Notes under the pieces: model-generated
What the model was told of the DNA's origin: nothing
Seen by the model: the letters and a program-made list of their open reading frames with translations, nothing else
The model's database searches: none
Source of the DNA: an uncultured Chloroflexia bacterium
GTDB taxonomy: Bacteria; Chloroflexota; Limnocylindria; Limnocylindrales; CSP1-4
DNA length: 64,000 nucleotides
Reading direction: 5' to 3'
NCBI GenBank assembly: GCA_963789905.1
Contig: CAWBMK010000007.1
Span: 189,955 to 253,954, forward strand
Shown here: in pieces, positions 15,503 to 25,531 of the stretch
Layout of the letters: each line of letters starts with the position of its first letter
Position numbering within the stretch: position 1 is the stretch's first letter
Made by a program: the position numbers and the translations under genes

Positions 15503-15536
15503 CGTGATCAAGATCGGCGCGAATTGAGCTCTTCGA

Positions 15537-16736
15537 TCAGCCAGCGACGATCCGGTCGATGATGTCGCCGCTGGCCGGGTCGCGGAGGATGAGCTTGTGG
15601 CGGCCGTCGGGCAGGATCTCTCGCTTGATCACGACAAGGCCGTCGAGCGTCTCCGGCGTCGATGAGATGCGCGGCGTCGTTCCGCCGCGCCACTCGAACA
15701 AGGTGACCGGCTCCCAGGCCTTGGACTTCGCAGACCGATAGGCGGCGTCCATGATCGCGTTCACGACGTAGCCGTCGTAGAACGTTTCCATCGGGGCACG
15801 GCCGCCTTCCAGGGCATCGAACATGTCGGTGAACATCTCCGTATACCCGAGCTCTGCGATCTCATCACCGACGGGGAACAGCCAGCCGGCGGTCGTCTCC
15901 GCCTTTTCGGCGACATAGCCGCCGCCCCCACCGGCCGTGAAGATCTCGAAGCCGGTGCGCAGGAAGTGGTTGATCCAGATCGTGCCGCCGGTGCCGGCCA
16001 CCTCGTCACGCAGATCCATCCCACCCCGGAACGTCCAGCTGACCTCGAACTGGCCGATGGCGCCGGATTCGAAGCGGATGAGGACGATGGCGTTGTCCTC
16101 GTCGGCGATGGGGTGGACGAGGGTATCGATGACGCCCATGACCTCGACCGGCCGATTTCCCTTGCCGACGAAGTTGCGGATGATCTCGATGCAGTGGCAG
16201 CCGAGGTCGATGATCGCGCCTCCGCCGGTAAGGCGCCCGTCCCAGAACCACGCCGAGTGAGGTCCCGGATGGGTCTCACGCGAGCGCACCCAGGTGACGT
16301 CACCGATCGCACCAGCCTGGACGGAGCGGACCGCCTTGAGCGTCTTGGGCGTGTAGCAGAGATCCTCGAGGTAGCCGGCGAAGACACCCGCCTTCTCGAC
16401 CGACGCGAGCATCCGTCGGGCCTCGTCGGCGTTCCGGCCCAGCGGTTTCGTGCACAGGACGGCCTTGCCCGATCTGGCGACCATGGCCACCACCTCCTCA
16501 TGGAGGTGGTTCGGCAGGCCGACGACGACGATGTCCGTGTCGGGATGCTCGATGGCGGCGGCCAGATCGGTCGTGCTCTCAGGGATGCCCCAGCGCTCAG
16601 TGAATGCCGCCCCGCGCTCCGCGCTGCGCGAATAGACGACACGGACGCGATCGCGACTTCGCTGGGCGTGGATCGTCATCGTGTAGAAGTCGCCGATGAG
16701 CCCGGTGCCGAGCATGGTGACGTTGTGGCCGTTCAT
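15537..16736 (-). CDS. Gfo/Idh/MocA-family oxidoreductase
   Basis: GTGLIG Rossmann fold, [21 protein letters not shown]. Confidence 0.9.
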   Translation of the reverse strand: MNGHNVTMLGTGLIGDFYTMTIHAQRSRDRVRVVYSRSAERGAAFTERWGIPESTTDLAAAIEHPDTDIVVVGLPNHLHEEVVAMVARSGKAVLCTKPLGRNADEARRMLASVEKAGVFAGYLEDLCYTPKTLKAVRSVQAGAIGDVTWVRSRETHPGPHSAWFWDGRLTGGGAIIDLGCHCIEIIRNFVGKGNRPVEVMGVIDTLVHPIADEDNAIVLIRFESGAIGQFEVSWTFRGGMDLRDEVAGTGGTIWINHFLRTGFEIFTAGGGGGYVAEKAETTAGWLFPVGDEIAELGYTEMFTDMFDALEGGRAPMETFYDGYVVNAIMDAAYRSAKSKAWEPVTLFEWRGGTTPRISSTPETLDGLVVIKREILPDGRHKLILRDPASGDIIDRIVAG

Positions 16737-17815
16737 CGGTGGGCTCGCTCCTTCCCAGTGACGAGGTTACGGCCCGCCACGAGCGCCCGCAGCTTCGCCA
16801 GCGCGGCCCACCGGGCGGTCTGGCTGAAGCCGCAATCGGGCACGAGGGTGAGCCGTTCGCCGGGAACGCCAGCGGCGAGGAGGCGATCGGTTCGCTCGGC
16901 CACATCGGTGGGCGTCTCGATGTAGTAGTTCTTCACGTCGATGACGCCGGCGGCCAGGTCCCGGCCGCTGGCCGCGATCTCGCCGGCGATCTCGATCTCG
17001 GCCATCTCCCGGTTCGCGAACTCGAGAACGAGCTCATCGACCGGGAAGTCGAGCATCGTCTCGACGATCGGTCGGTACGTTCGCTTGGCCAGCGGTCGGC
17101 CGAGGTAGTTGCCGAAACACAGGTGAGCAGCCAGACGGACGCGCCCGACGATCGGCTCAACGGCCTCGGAGAAGAGGGCCGCGAAGTTCGCCGGCGCGTC
17201 CGGATGGATGGCCGCCGAGGGCTCATCGAGCTGGATGGATGTCGCGCCTGCGTCCGCCAGGGCCGCCAGCTCGGCGCGGAGGATCGGGACGAACGCCTCG
17301 GCCGCGGCGACGCGGTTGGCGTAGACGTCACCTGCGCCGGTGCGGAGACGGCCCGAGAGCGTGTATGGACCCGGCAGCGTCACCTTCAGGGGTCGATCGG
17401 TTCGCGACCTCGCATAGAGAAACTCGGCCACGACGCCGAGCCCATCTGGCGCGGCGATCCCCTCGGTCACCTCGAACCTGTGCTGCTGGTCGTGTCCGCC
17501 GGGCCCCAGCCGGCGAGGCGAGGCGAGCGGTCTGACGCCCGTCAGGTGGCGGTAGAACTCGGCGGTGAAGAACCCCGCCCGCCGCATCTCGCCATCGGTC
17601 ACGACGTCGATGCCCGCCTCCTCCTGGTCGTGCAGGGCGACGTCGACCGCATCGTCGAGCATCTCAGAGAGATCGTCGGGGCCGAACTCCCCGCGCTCGG
17701 CGGCTCCGATGCCCGAGACGAACCACGATGGCCATGCGTGCGAGCCGACGACGCTCGTGAGGAGGCCATCCGGCCGGTTGGCCGCGGTCGCCGAGAGCGA
17801 CGTGGGATCGGTCAC
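16733..17815 (-). CDS. cobalamin-independent methionine synthase II family (single-barrel MetE-like) zinc enzyme
   Basis: [30 protein letters not shown], zinc-ligand motifs HLCFGN, LEF, PDCG; GTG start at 17815 is tentative. Confidence 0.85.
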   Translation of the reverse strand: MTDPTSLSATAANRPDGLLTSVVGSHAWPSWFVSGIGAAERGEFGPDDLSEMLDDAVDVALHDQEEAGIDVVTDGEMRRAGFFTAEFYRHLTGVRPLASPRRLGPGGHDQQHRFEVTEGIAAPDGLGVVAEFLYARSRTDRPLKVTLPGPYTLSGRLRTGAGDVYANRVAAAEAFVPILRAELAALADAGATSIQLDEPSAAIHPDAPANFAALFSEAVEPIVGRVRLAAHLCFGNYLGRPLAKRTYRPIVETMLDFPVDELVLEFANREMAEIEIAGEIAASGRDLAAGVIDVKNYYIETPTDVAERTDRLLAAGVPGERLTLVPDCGFSQTARWAALAKLRALVAGRNLVTGKERAHR

Positions 17816-17852
17816 GAGAACCCTCCACAAGGGATCGAGCGAGCGGTGCCAA

Positions 17853-18707
17853 TCATGGAGCGGAACCGCCCGGGAGACCAGCCTGGCCTCCGCCCGGCGA
17901 CACGACCGACCAGCCTCCATCGATGCCAAGGACCTGGCCGGTTACCGCCCGCGACTCGGCGGAGAGGAAGTAGACGGCCGCGCTGGCCACGTCCTCCGGC
18001 GCCAGCATGGCACCGGCAAGCGGTTGCTTCCGACGGACGTAGGCGAGGGTCGCCTCGTCGGCCGCGGCGCGCTCGGACATCGGCGTCTCGGTCAGGCCCG
18101 GTGCGACCGCATTCACCCGGATGCCGGCCGATGCGTAGTAGGCCGCCATCGTCGTCATGAGCGAGAGGATCGCGCCCTTGGCGGCTGCGTAGGCATGAGT
18201 CGCGAAGAGCTCCGGGACTGGTTCGGTCGCCAGCACGCTGCTCATCAGGAGGATGGAGCCGCGACTGCCGGCCCCGTCCGGCTCCTGGGCCAGCATCCGG
18301 CGCACGACCTCGCCGCAGACGAGCGCCTGGGTCGTGAGGTTGAGACGGAGCGTCGCCTCCCAGGCCTCGGCGGTCATCAGATGCAGAGGCCCGTCGCCGA
18401 AGCGCCGACCGCTGCCGCCGGCCACGGAGAACAGTCCGTCGATCCGACCGAATGTCTCGAGGCAGACATCGACGGCCGCGGTGACGTCGCCTGACTCGGC
18501 AAGATCGGCCGCTCGCCAGGCGGCCGTCCCGCCTTCGGCGGCGATCCGCTCGGCGAGGGCGGCGCAGTGCCCGGGTGTGCGCGAGGTGATGAAGACTCGA
18601 GCGCCTTCGCCGGCGAACATGACGGCCGATGCGGCTGCGATGCCCGTGGAGCCGGTGACGAGGCACACGCGTCCGTCGAGCCGTCCAGTGCGCGATGGTT
18701 CGGTCAT
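17853..18707 (-). CDS. short-chain dehydrogenase/reductase
   Basis: TGSTGIA, catalytic YAAAK, RVNAVAPG, VTGQVLGIDGG. Confidence 0.9.
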   Translation of the reverse strand: MTEPSRTGRLDGRVCLVTGSTGIAAASAVMFAGEGARVFITSRTPGHCAALAERIAAEGGTAAWRAADLAESGDVTAAVDVCLETFGRIDGLFSVAGGSGRRFGDGPLHLMTAEAWEATLRLNLTTQALVCGEVVRRMLAQEPDGAGSRGSILLMSSVLATEPVPELFATHAYAAAKGAILSLMTTMAAYYASAGIRVNAVAPGLTETPMSERAAADEATLAYVRRKQPLAGAMLAPEDVASAAVYFLSAESRAVTGQVLGIDGGWSVVSPGGGQAGLPGGSAP

Positions 18708-18741
18708 CGATCTCCCTGACGCCGGTGTGGCACCGCGATTG

Positions 18742-18770
18742 TTGACGGTCGCCCGCCCGGCTCGTATCTT
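18742..18770 (+). promoter_or_regulatory. promoter of the rightward sugar-catabolism operon
   Basis: TTGACG (18742-18747), 17 nt, TATCTT (18765-18770). Confidence 0.7.
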
Positions 18771-18775
18771 GGCAT

Positions 18776-18806
18776 GGCTGTCTAGACGGCTAGATGGCTA
18801 GACAGC
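18776..18806. promoter_or_regulatory. putative GntR/HutC (DasR/NagR-like) operator array
   Basis: GTCTAGAC palindrome (18780-18787); CTAGA at 18782, 18790 and 18798; perfect inverted repeat GCTGTCTAG/CTAGACAGC; HutC-type regulator in the operon. Confidence 0.7.
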
Positions 18807-18839
18807 TGCGCATCGTCAGCGGAGGCATGGACGTCCATC

Positions 18840-19997
18840 ATGCGGCGGATCAGCGAGATCGGTGCGGCTGTCATCGGTAGTGGTTTCATCGGCACGGTCC
18901 ATGTTGAGGCACTTCGACGGATCGGCGTCAAGGTTCGTGGGCTCTTGGGATCGTCACCGGAGAGGGGGAGCGCCGCAGCAGAGCGCCTCGGCGTCAAGCG
19001 CGCCTATGCGAGCCTCGAGGAGCTGCTGGCCGACGACAAGGTCGAGGTCGTCCACGTCACCTCCCCGAACCACCTCCACTACCCACAGGCGAAAGCGATC
19101 CTGGCCGCCGGCCGCCACGTCGTCTGCGAGAAGCCTCTGGCGTTGACGAGCGCCGAGTCGGCGGAGCTTGTCGCGCTCGCGGCCGAGTCCGGTCGCGTCA
19201 ATGCCGTCAACTTCAATATCCGTTTCTACCCCCTCAACCAGCATCTCCGCGGCGTCGTCCGAGACGGCGGGCTGGGTGACATCCGGCTCATCAGCGGTCG
19301 CTACTTCCAGGACTGGCTGCTCCTGGACACCGACTGGAACTGGCGTCTCGACCCCGAGCTCGGCGGGGCCCTTCGGGCGGTCGGCGATATCGGATCGCAC
19401 TGGCTCGATCTGACGAGCTTCATCAGCGGTCTGCGCGTCGGCGAGGTCATGGCCGAGATGGCCACCTTCATCGAGACACGCCAGCAGCCGGCCGGGCCGG
19501 TCGAGACGTTCTCGACGGAGCGATCCGCCGATACCGTCGCCCGCCGAATCGGGACGGAGGACCTGGCCACGATCCTGCTGCGCTACGAGAACGGCGCCCG
19601 GGGTCTGGTCGCCGTGTCCCAGCTCAGCGCCGGTCGAAAGAACTCGCTGCAATACGAGATCGACGGCTCAGAGGCCGCCGCGAGCTGGGATTCGGAGCAA
19701 CCCGACCAGCTCTGGACCGGCCACCGTGACCGGGCCAATGAGGTCCTCATCCGCAACCCGGCCCTCCTGACCGATCTCGGGAGCGCCGCCGCCGTCCTGC
19801 CGGGCGGTCATGTCGAGGGTTTCGCGGACACGTTCGCCGCTCTCTATCGGGCCGTCTATGCCGATGTCGCCCGTGGCGATCCGGCCGAGCAGCCTGTCTA
19901 TCCAACGTTCGCGGACGGCCACGACAAGATGCTGGTCGGCGACGCGATCGCCGAGAGCGCCCGCGTTGGGCGCTGGACTGCGGTGACCTACCGATGA
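18840..19997 (+). CDS. Gfo/Idh/MocA-family oxidoreductase
   Basis: GSGFIG, SPNHLH, CEKPL, NWRLDP, DIGSH. Confidence 0.92.
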   Translation: MRRISEIGAAVIGSGFIGTVHVEALRRIGVKVRGLLGSSPERGSAAAERLGVKRAYASLEELLADDKVEVVHVTSPNHLHYPQAKAILAAGRHVVCEKPLALTSAESAELVALAAESGRVNAVNFNIRFYPLNQHLRGVVRDGGLGDIRLISGRYFQDWLLLDTDWNWRLDPELGGALRAVGDIGSHWLDLTSFISGLRVGEVMAEMATFIETRQQPAGPVETFSTERSADTVARRIGTEDLATILLRYENGARGLVAVSQLSAGRKNSLQYEIDGSEAAASWDSEQPDQLWTGHRDRANEVLIRNPALLTDLGSAAAVLPGGHVEGFADTFAALYRAVYADVARGDPAEQPVYPTFADGHDKMLVGDAIAESARVGRWTAVTYR

Positions 19998-20022
19998 TCC
20001 GACGATACGAAGGAGAATTCCG

Positions 20023-20937
20023 ATGAGGCTCGGCTTCCTCACCGCCCCGTTCCCCGAGACGCCGTTGATGGATGTCGCCGACTGGGCGGCCGGGAACGGC
20101 TTCGAGGTACTCGAGATCGCCTGCTGGCCACGCTCGAGTGGACCGACCCGCCGCTATGCCGGCACGTCCCATATCGACGTCACCGGGCTCTCGGCTGCGC
20201 AGGGCACCGAGATCGTCGACGAGATCGCCGCCAAGGGCCTCACGATCTCCGCCCTCGGCTACTACCCGAATCCCCTTCATCCCGATCCGGCCCATCGCGA
20301 GATGGTCATCGGTCACCTCAAGCACGTCATGACCGCCGCCCAGGCGATGGGGATCCCGCTCGTCAACACCTTCATGGGCGGCGACAGCTCGAAGTCAACG
20401 GACGAGAACTGGGACGAAGCGCTCCGGGTCTGGCCGGACATCGTGACCTTCGCCCGGGATCAAGGGGTGAAGATCACCATCGAGAACTGCCCCATGATCT
20501 TCAGCCGCGACGAGTGGCCGGCCGGCAACAACATCGCCTGGTCGCCGTACATCTGGCGCCGGATCATCGAGCAGTGGGGCGGCACGATCGGCCTCAACTA
20601 CGACCCCTCCCACCTCGTCTGGCTGATGATCGACCAGCAGCGGTTCATCCGCGAGTTCGGACCGCACATCCTCCACTTCCAGGCCAAGGACCTCGAGATC
20701 GATCGAGACGGCCTCTACGAGCGGGGGACGCTCTCGTCGGGGATCGGCTGGCAGGTTCCCCGCCTGCCCGGCCTCGGCGAGGCGCCCTGGGCGCGGATCT
20801 TTGCAGCCCTCTACCAGGCCGGCTATGCGGGTGACTGCATCATCGAGCACGAGGATCGCCGGTTCGAGGGCACGGACGAGCTGGTAAAGCGCGGCTTCCT
20901 CATCGCCCGCGATGTCCTCCGACCGTACGTGAAGTGA
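20023..20937 (+). CDS. sugar phosphate isomerase/epimerase (xylose-isomerase-like TIM barrel, AP_endonuc_2)
   Basis: IENCPM, NYDPSH, HFQAKD, PGLGE, IEHED. Confidence 0.88.
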   Translation: MRLGFLTAPFPETPLMDVADWAAGNGFEVLEIACWPRSSGPTRRYAGTSHIDVTGLSAAQGTEIVDEIAAKGLTISALGYYPNPLHPDPAHREMVIGHLKHVMTAAQAMGIPLVNTFMGGDSSKSTDENWDEALRVWPDIVTFARDQGVKITIENCPMIFSRDEWPAGNNIAWSPYIWRRIIEQWGGTIGLNYDPSHLVWLMIDQQRFIREFGPHILHFQAKDLEIDRDGLYERGTLSSGIGWQVPRLPGLGEAPWARIFAALYQAGYAGDCIIEHEDRRFEGTDELVKRGFLIARDVLRPYVK

Positions 20938-21686
20938 CGGCGATGTCTCTCTCGATCGACGATCTCACCTACAGCGACGTCGCCAGGACGATCGATCATT
21001 CGCTCCTTCGTCCGGAGCTCGATGACGCCTTCATTGAGGACGGCTGTCGACTGGCGGTCCGTTACGAGGTCGCCTCGGTCTGCCTCCGGCCTGCGGACGT
21101 GATCCGGGCCAGGGCGATCGTCGACGGTACGGGCGTCGCCGTGGGTACGGTCATTGGCTTCCCTCACGGCAGCCATCGGACCGAGACGAAGGTCTTCGAG
21201 GCGACGACGGCGCTCTCCGACGGAGCGACCGAGCTCGATATGGTCATCCAGATCGGGGCCCTCAAGTCCGGTCGGGACGCCGACGTTCGGGCCGACATCG
21301 CGGCGATCGTCGATGTCGCTCATGCACGCGACGCCATCGTCAAGGTCATCCTCGAGAACGCATACCTGACCGACGAGGAGAAGGTGCGCGCCTGCCACCT
21401 GGCCGAGGCGGCCGGGGCCGACTTCGTCAAGACGTCGACTGGATTCGCACCGTCTGGGGCGACGCACGAGGACCTGGCGCTCATGCGCCGGTCGGTCTCG
21501 CCCCACGTCCAGGTCAAAGCCGCCGGCGGCGTCCGAACGCTCGACGCGCTGCTCGCGGTGATGGAGCTCGGCGTCACCCGCGTCGGGGCAACCGCGACCG
21601 CCGCGATCCTCGACGATTTCCGTGCCCGCAAGGCCGGTGGTCGACCCGACCCCGTAGCCGCGACACACGACACGACCGCCTACTAG
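20934..21686 (+). CDS. deoC: deoxyribose-phosphate aldolase (DeoC-like)
   Basis: IDHSLL, VIGFPHG, ELDMV, KVILE, FVKTSTGF (Schiff-base Lys), VKAAGGVR. Confidence 0.88.
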   Translation: MTAMSLSIDDLTYSDVARTIDHSLLRPELDDAFIEDGCRLAVRYEVASVCLRPADVIRARAIVDGTGVAVGTVIGFPHGSHRTETKVFEATTALSDGATELDMVIQIGALKSGRDADVRADIAAIVDVAHARDAIVKVILENAYLTDEEKVRACHLAEAAGADFVKTSTGFAPSGATHEDLALMRRSVSPHVQVKAAGGVRTLDALLAVMELGVTRVGATATAAILDDFRARKAGGRPDPVAATHDTTAY

Positions 21687-21690
21687 GCCG

Positions 21691-22497
21691 GTGACGATGA
21701 CCATCCCCGACGCCCCGGCGCTGGCCTGGATGGGCCAGGCGCGCGCGCTGCTGGAGCGACTCGCCGAGTCACAGGCAGCGGCAATCGAGACAGCCAGCGG
21801 GTGGTGCGCCGAGGCCATCGCTGCCGGGGGCCTCGTGCACCTGTTCGGCACCGGGCACTCGCGGATCCCGGTGGAGGAGATGTTCCCGCGTTACGGGTCC
21901 TATCCGGGATGGAATCCGATCGTCGAGCTGTCGATGACGTTCCACACCCAGGTCGTCGGGGCGAACGGCCAGCGACAGGCGATGTTCATCGAGCGGACGC
22001 CGGGCCTCGCGGAGGTCATCCTCTCGAACTTCTCGTATCGACCGACCGACGTGATGATCGTCTTCTCGGCCAGCGGTCTCTCCACGGTGCCGGTCGAGAT
22101 GGCCCGTGGGGCGCGGCGCCGCGGCCTCCGCACGATCGCCGTGACCTCGGTCGCCCAGTCCCTCGCCAGCGAGCCGCAGGAAGCGGCGGGAGCCCGCCTC
22201 CTCGACGAAGCGGACCTCGTCATCGACCTGTGTACCCCGCCTGCCGACGCCCTATGCGACATCCCGGGACTGGAGACACCGGTTGGTCCGGGATCGACGC
22301 TCGCCGCCGTTGCCGTGGCCAACGCGATCAAGGTCCGCGTCGCCGAGCTGCTGGTCGATCGAGAGGCCATGCCGCCCGTCATCACACGTCCGGTGGTCGT
22401 CGGACCGGAACGCTCCCAAGCCCTTTTCGATGAGGCATATGCGGACCATGCGCGGCGTATCGCCCGCGCCCTCGACCAATCCATCGGAGGTCGCTGA
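21691..22497 (+). CDS. SIS-domain sugar isomerase-like protein
   Basis: LFGTGHS, FSASG, IAVTS, PVGPGST. Confidence 0.8.
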   Translation: MTMTIPDAPALAWMGQARALLERLAESQAAAIETASGWCAEAIAAGGLVHLFGTGHSRIPVEEMFPRYGSYPGWNPIVELSMTFHTQVVGANGQRQAMFIERTPGLAEVILSNFSYRPTDVMIVFSASGLSTVPVEMARGARRRGLRTIAVTSVAQSLASEPQEAAGARLLDEADLVIDLCTPPADALCDIPGLETPVGPGSTLAAVAVANAIKVRVAELLVDREAMPPVITRPVVVGPERSQALFDEAYADHARRIARALDQSIGGR

Positions 22498-22511
22498 CTG
22501 CTGCTGTGGGC

Positions 22512-23459
22512 ATGCCGGCCGGGGGCCTACATCTCGGGCTCGATCTTGGGGCGACGAACCTCAAATGGGCGGTCCTCGAGCGCACACACGACGGCTGGAA
22601 GACCGCGGCGACAGGCCAGACGCAGACGCGCTCGGGGAGCGGTCCGGACAGCATCGTGGCCGAGCTGGCCGAGGTCGGCCTGACTGCCGAACGCGAGGTC
22701 GGGGGCGACGTCGTCTCCATCGGCATCGGCGTTCCGGGACTGTACGATCCGGCGACCGGCGCCACGCGGTTCCTGCCGAATGTGCCCGGTGAGTGGGCCG
22801 GCCGACCGGTCGCCGGGCCCGTCGGGGCCGCGATCGGAGCGCCGGCGGCGCTCATCAACGACGCCCGGGCCTTCACGCTGGCCGAGCTCACCCTGGGTGC
22901 CGGTTCGGACTGCGATTCGATCGTCGCTCTCACGATCGGGACCGGCGTCGGGGGCGGCATCGCCATCGATGGCCAGGTCCTCTTCGGCCACGACGGGACG
23001 GCCGGTGAGATCGGTCACCAGACGATCGAGCCCGATGGCCTGCCATGCACCTGTGGCAATCGCGGCTGCCTCGAGCCATACGCCAGCGCCGCCAGGATCG
23101 CCGAGCTGTGTGGGACGGCGTCGGCCGAGGACGCGGTAGACGCGGCGCATGCCGGTGACGGCAGGGCGCTTCGTGGTCTGGCCGAGGTCGGTCGATGCCT
23201 GGGCATCGGCATCGCCAATCTCATCGTCCTCGTGAACCCGGATCGCATCGTGATCGGCGGTGGCGTCGCCATCGGGGCAGGCGACCTGCTGTTCGAGCCG
23301 ATCCGCACGGAGATCGCCGCGCGGGTGCACGTCACCTCACTGGCCGGGATCGACGTCGTGGCGGCCGAGCTCGGGACCCTTGCCGGGGCGATCGGGGCGG
23401 CCGTGCACGGAGCCCGAACCGTGGCCAAGCTGGAGGCAGGGTCGGATGGCAATCGATGA
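22512..23459 (+). CDS. ROK-family sugar kinase
   Basis: GLDLGATN, INDARA, TIGTGVGGG, GEIGH, CTCGNRGCLE; no HTH. Confidence 0.9.
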   Translation: MPAGGLHLGLDLGATNLKWAVLERTHDGWKTAATGQTQTRSGSGPDSIVAELAEVGLTAEREVGGDVVSIGIGVPGLYDPATGATRFLPNVPGEWAGRPVAGPVGAAIGAPAALINDARAFTLAELTLGAGSDCDSIVALTIGTGVGGGIAIDGQVLFGHDGTAGEIGHQTIEPDGLPCTCGNRGCLEPYASAARIAELCGTASAEDAVDAAHAGDGRALRGLAEVGRCLGIGIANLIVLVNPDRIVIGGGVAIGAGDLLFEPIRTEIAARVHVTSLAGIDVVAAELGTLAGAIGAAVHGARTVAKLEAGSDGNR

Positions 23460-24220
23460 CTGATCCCTACCTCCCGCGCTACCGCGAGATCGAGCAGGCC
23501 CTTCGGATCAGGATCGCAACCCTTCGCCCCGGCGACCCGATCCCTTCCGAAGCCGACCTGGTGGGCGAGTTCGGTGTCAGCAGGATGACGGCGCGGGCCG
23601 CCCTCGGGGTCCTCGCCGACGAGGGCCTGGTCTCGCGGGAGCCCGGCCGCGGGACGTTCGTGGCGGAGCAGCCCCACCACCGGCGGGCCGACAGCCTCGT
23701 CTCCTTCTCGAACGAGATGCGCCGTCAGGGTCGAGCCCCCTCGTCGCGTCTCATCCTCCGCCAGGTGCGCGCGCCGACGACGGAGGAACGGACCGATCTG
23801 GGTCTTAGGACGGGCCAACGCGTCGTGGCCCTGCGCCGGATCCGACTCGCCGACGACAAGGCCATCGCCATCGAGGACGTGACCCTGCCGGAGCGCTGCG
23901 CCGATGTGGTCATGGGGGCGGATCTCGAGAAGGGCTCGCTCCACGAGGCGCTCATCGGCGGGGGATTCGTGTTGGCGCGCGGCTACGCGACGCTGTCCGC
24001 CGAGGCGGCGACGGCCGAGGACGCACGCCTGCTTGGCGTTCGGGCGCGCCATCCCCTGCTCGTCGAGCGGCGAGTGATCCGCGACGACCATGGACGACCG
24101 CTCGAGCGGACGGAGTCCCGCTATCCGGGTGATCGCTACGGGCTCGATGTCGCATTCCAGGTCGAGGCGCCGCGTGAGCGCCCCCTTCGGCGCCCACGCT
24201 CCACACGAGGCGGACGGTGA
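23456..24220 (+). CDS. GntR/HutC-subfamily (UTRA) transcriptional regulator
   Basis: PSEADL, GVSRMTARAAL, GRGTFV, UTRA domain; ATGA coupling. Confidence 0.92.
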   Translation: MTDPYLPRYREIEQALRIRIATLRPGDPIPSEADLVGEFGVSRMTARAALGVLADEGLVSREPGRGTFVAEQPHHRRADSLVSFSNEMRRQGRAPSSRLILRQVRAPTTEERTDLGLRTGQRVVALRRIRLADDKAIAIEDVTLPERCADVVMGADLEKGSLHEALIGGGFVLARGYATLSAEAATAEDARLLGVRARHPLLVERRVIRDDHGRPLERTESRYPGDRYGLDVAFQVEAPRERPLRRPRSTRGGR

Positions 24221-25335
24221 GCGAGATCGTCGTTGGGCGACTCGTCATCGACGACGAGGTCGTTCCAGGTCGTCTCGTGATCGAGGACGGTCGCATCGTT
24301 GCGGTCGAGCCTGATGAAGCCGCAGCTCGAGGGCCATTTGTCGCACCAGGGCTCATCGACCTCCACGTCCACGGCTGGGGCGGGCACGATGCGATGGGCG
24401 GAGGTGGCGCGCTCGACGGGATGGCGCGAGCCCTCCTCCGTCGCGGGGTCACCGCGTTCCTCCCGACGGCGGTCTCGGCCCCGCTGCAATCGCTCCATGC
24501 CTTCGCCGCGCGCGTTCGGCTCTGGATGCAGAGTCCCGCGGCGGATGGCGCCCAGCCGCTGGGGTTCAATCTGGAGGGGCCCTTCCTGGCGTCGGTCCGC
24601 CGTGGCGCCCACGACGCGTCCGCCCTGCGCATCCCGGCTGACGTGCCGGCAGCCGAGGTCGACGCGCTGCTCGAGGCGATGCGGATCATGACGATCGCAC
24701 CGGAGCTGCCGGGCGCCCTCGAGCTGATCGGCCGCCTGGCCTCAGCCGGCGTGTCGCCGTCACTCGGCCACTCGAACGCCTCGCTCGATGAAGCGCGCGC
24801 AGGGTATGCGGCAGGTGCCGTGTCGACGACCCATCTCTTCAACGCCATGAGCGGCCTCGACCACCGTGATCCGGGCCTGGCGGTCGCTGCCCTGACCACC
24901 GATCCGGCGTTCGTCGAGCTCATCGCAGACGGTCACCACGTCCACGAAGCCCTCTGGCCGATCGTCCTCCGGACCAAGCCCGCCGATCGGGTGGTCCTCG
25001 TCAGCGACGCCGTCCACCTGGCCGGCACGGATGTCCGGCGCGGTCGCCTCGGTGGCATCGCTGTCGAGGTTGACGGCAGCCGCTGCGTGATCGCCGGCGA
25101 GGACCGATTGGCCGGATCGCTCATCGCCCTGGACACGGCCGTCCGTAACCTCGTCGCCTCCGGTGTTGCCTTGCCTCGCGCGATCGCTGCCGCGAGCCGC
25201 GATCCGGCCGCGCTCGTCGGCGCGACCGGTCGCGGTCGTCTCGCCGTCGGCCTGCGTGCCGACCTCATCGAGCTCGATGACCAGCTCGTCGTGACCCGGG
25301 TCATGCTCGGCGGGTTCTGGCACGGTACAGCCTGA
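24217..25335 (+). CDS. nagA: N-acetylglucosamine-6-phosphate deacetylase
   Basis: PGLIDLHVHG, LEGPF, TIAPE, GHS, THLFNAM, DGHHV, SDA, LAGS. Confidence 0.92.
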   Translation: MSEIVVGRLVIDDEVVPGRLVIEDGRIVAVEPDEAAARGPFVAPGLIDLHVHGWGGHDAMGGGGALDGMARALLRRGVTAFLPTAVSAPLQSLHAFAARVRLWMQSPAADGAQPLGFNLEGPFLASVRRGAHDASALRIPADVPAAEVDALLEAMRIMTIAPELPGALELIGRLASAGVSPSLGHSNASLDEARAGYAAGAVSTTHLFNAMSGLDHRDPGLAVAALTTDPAFVELIADGHHVHEALWPIVLRTKPADRVVLVSDAVHLAGTDVRRGRLGGIAVEVDGSRCVIAGEDRLAGSLIALDTAVRNLVASGVALPRAIAAASRDPAALVGATGRGRLAVGLRADLIELDDQLVVTRVMLGGFWHGTA

Positions 25336-25373
25336 GCTGCCGATCCGGGCGTGGCTCGCCGATACCCGCGGGT

Positions 25374-25489
25374 CTGAGCATGGTGGTGCTCAAAGTCCTT
25401 GTCAGTAGGCGTGGCCCGCCTGCGATCCTGCTGATCTGCCCGTAGCGCCACGCATGCTGACAGTCGGCTCTGAGCACGTGCGTGCTCGG
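25374..25489. repeat. 116-bp REPIN-like palindromic element, family B, copy 2
   Basis: CTGAGCA-N6-TGCTCA, TGTCAGTAGGCGTGGC...GCCACGCATGCTGACA stem, CTGAGCA-N6-TGCTCGG. Confidence 0.75.
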
Positions 25490-25531
25490 TCCTGGCCGTA
25501 GGGCGGTTGCTGCCGATGTAGGCTCATGGCC

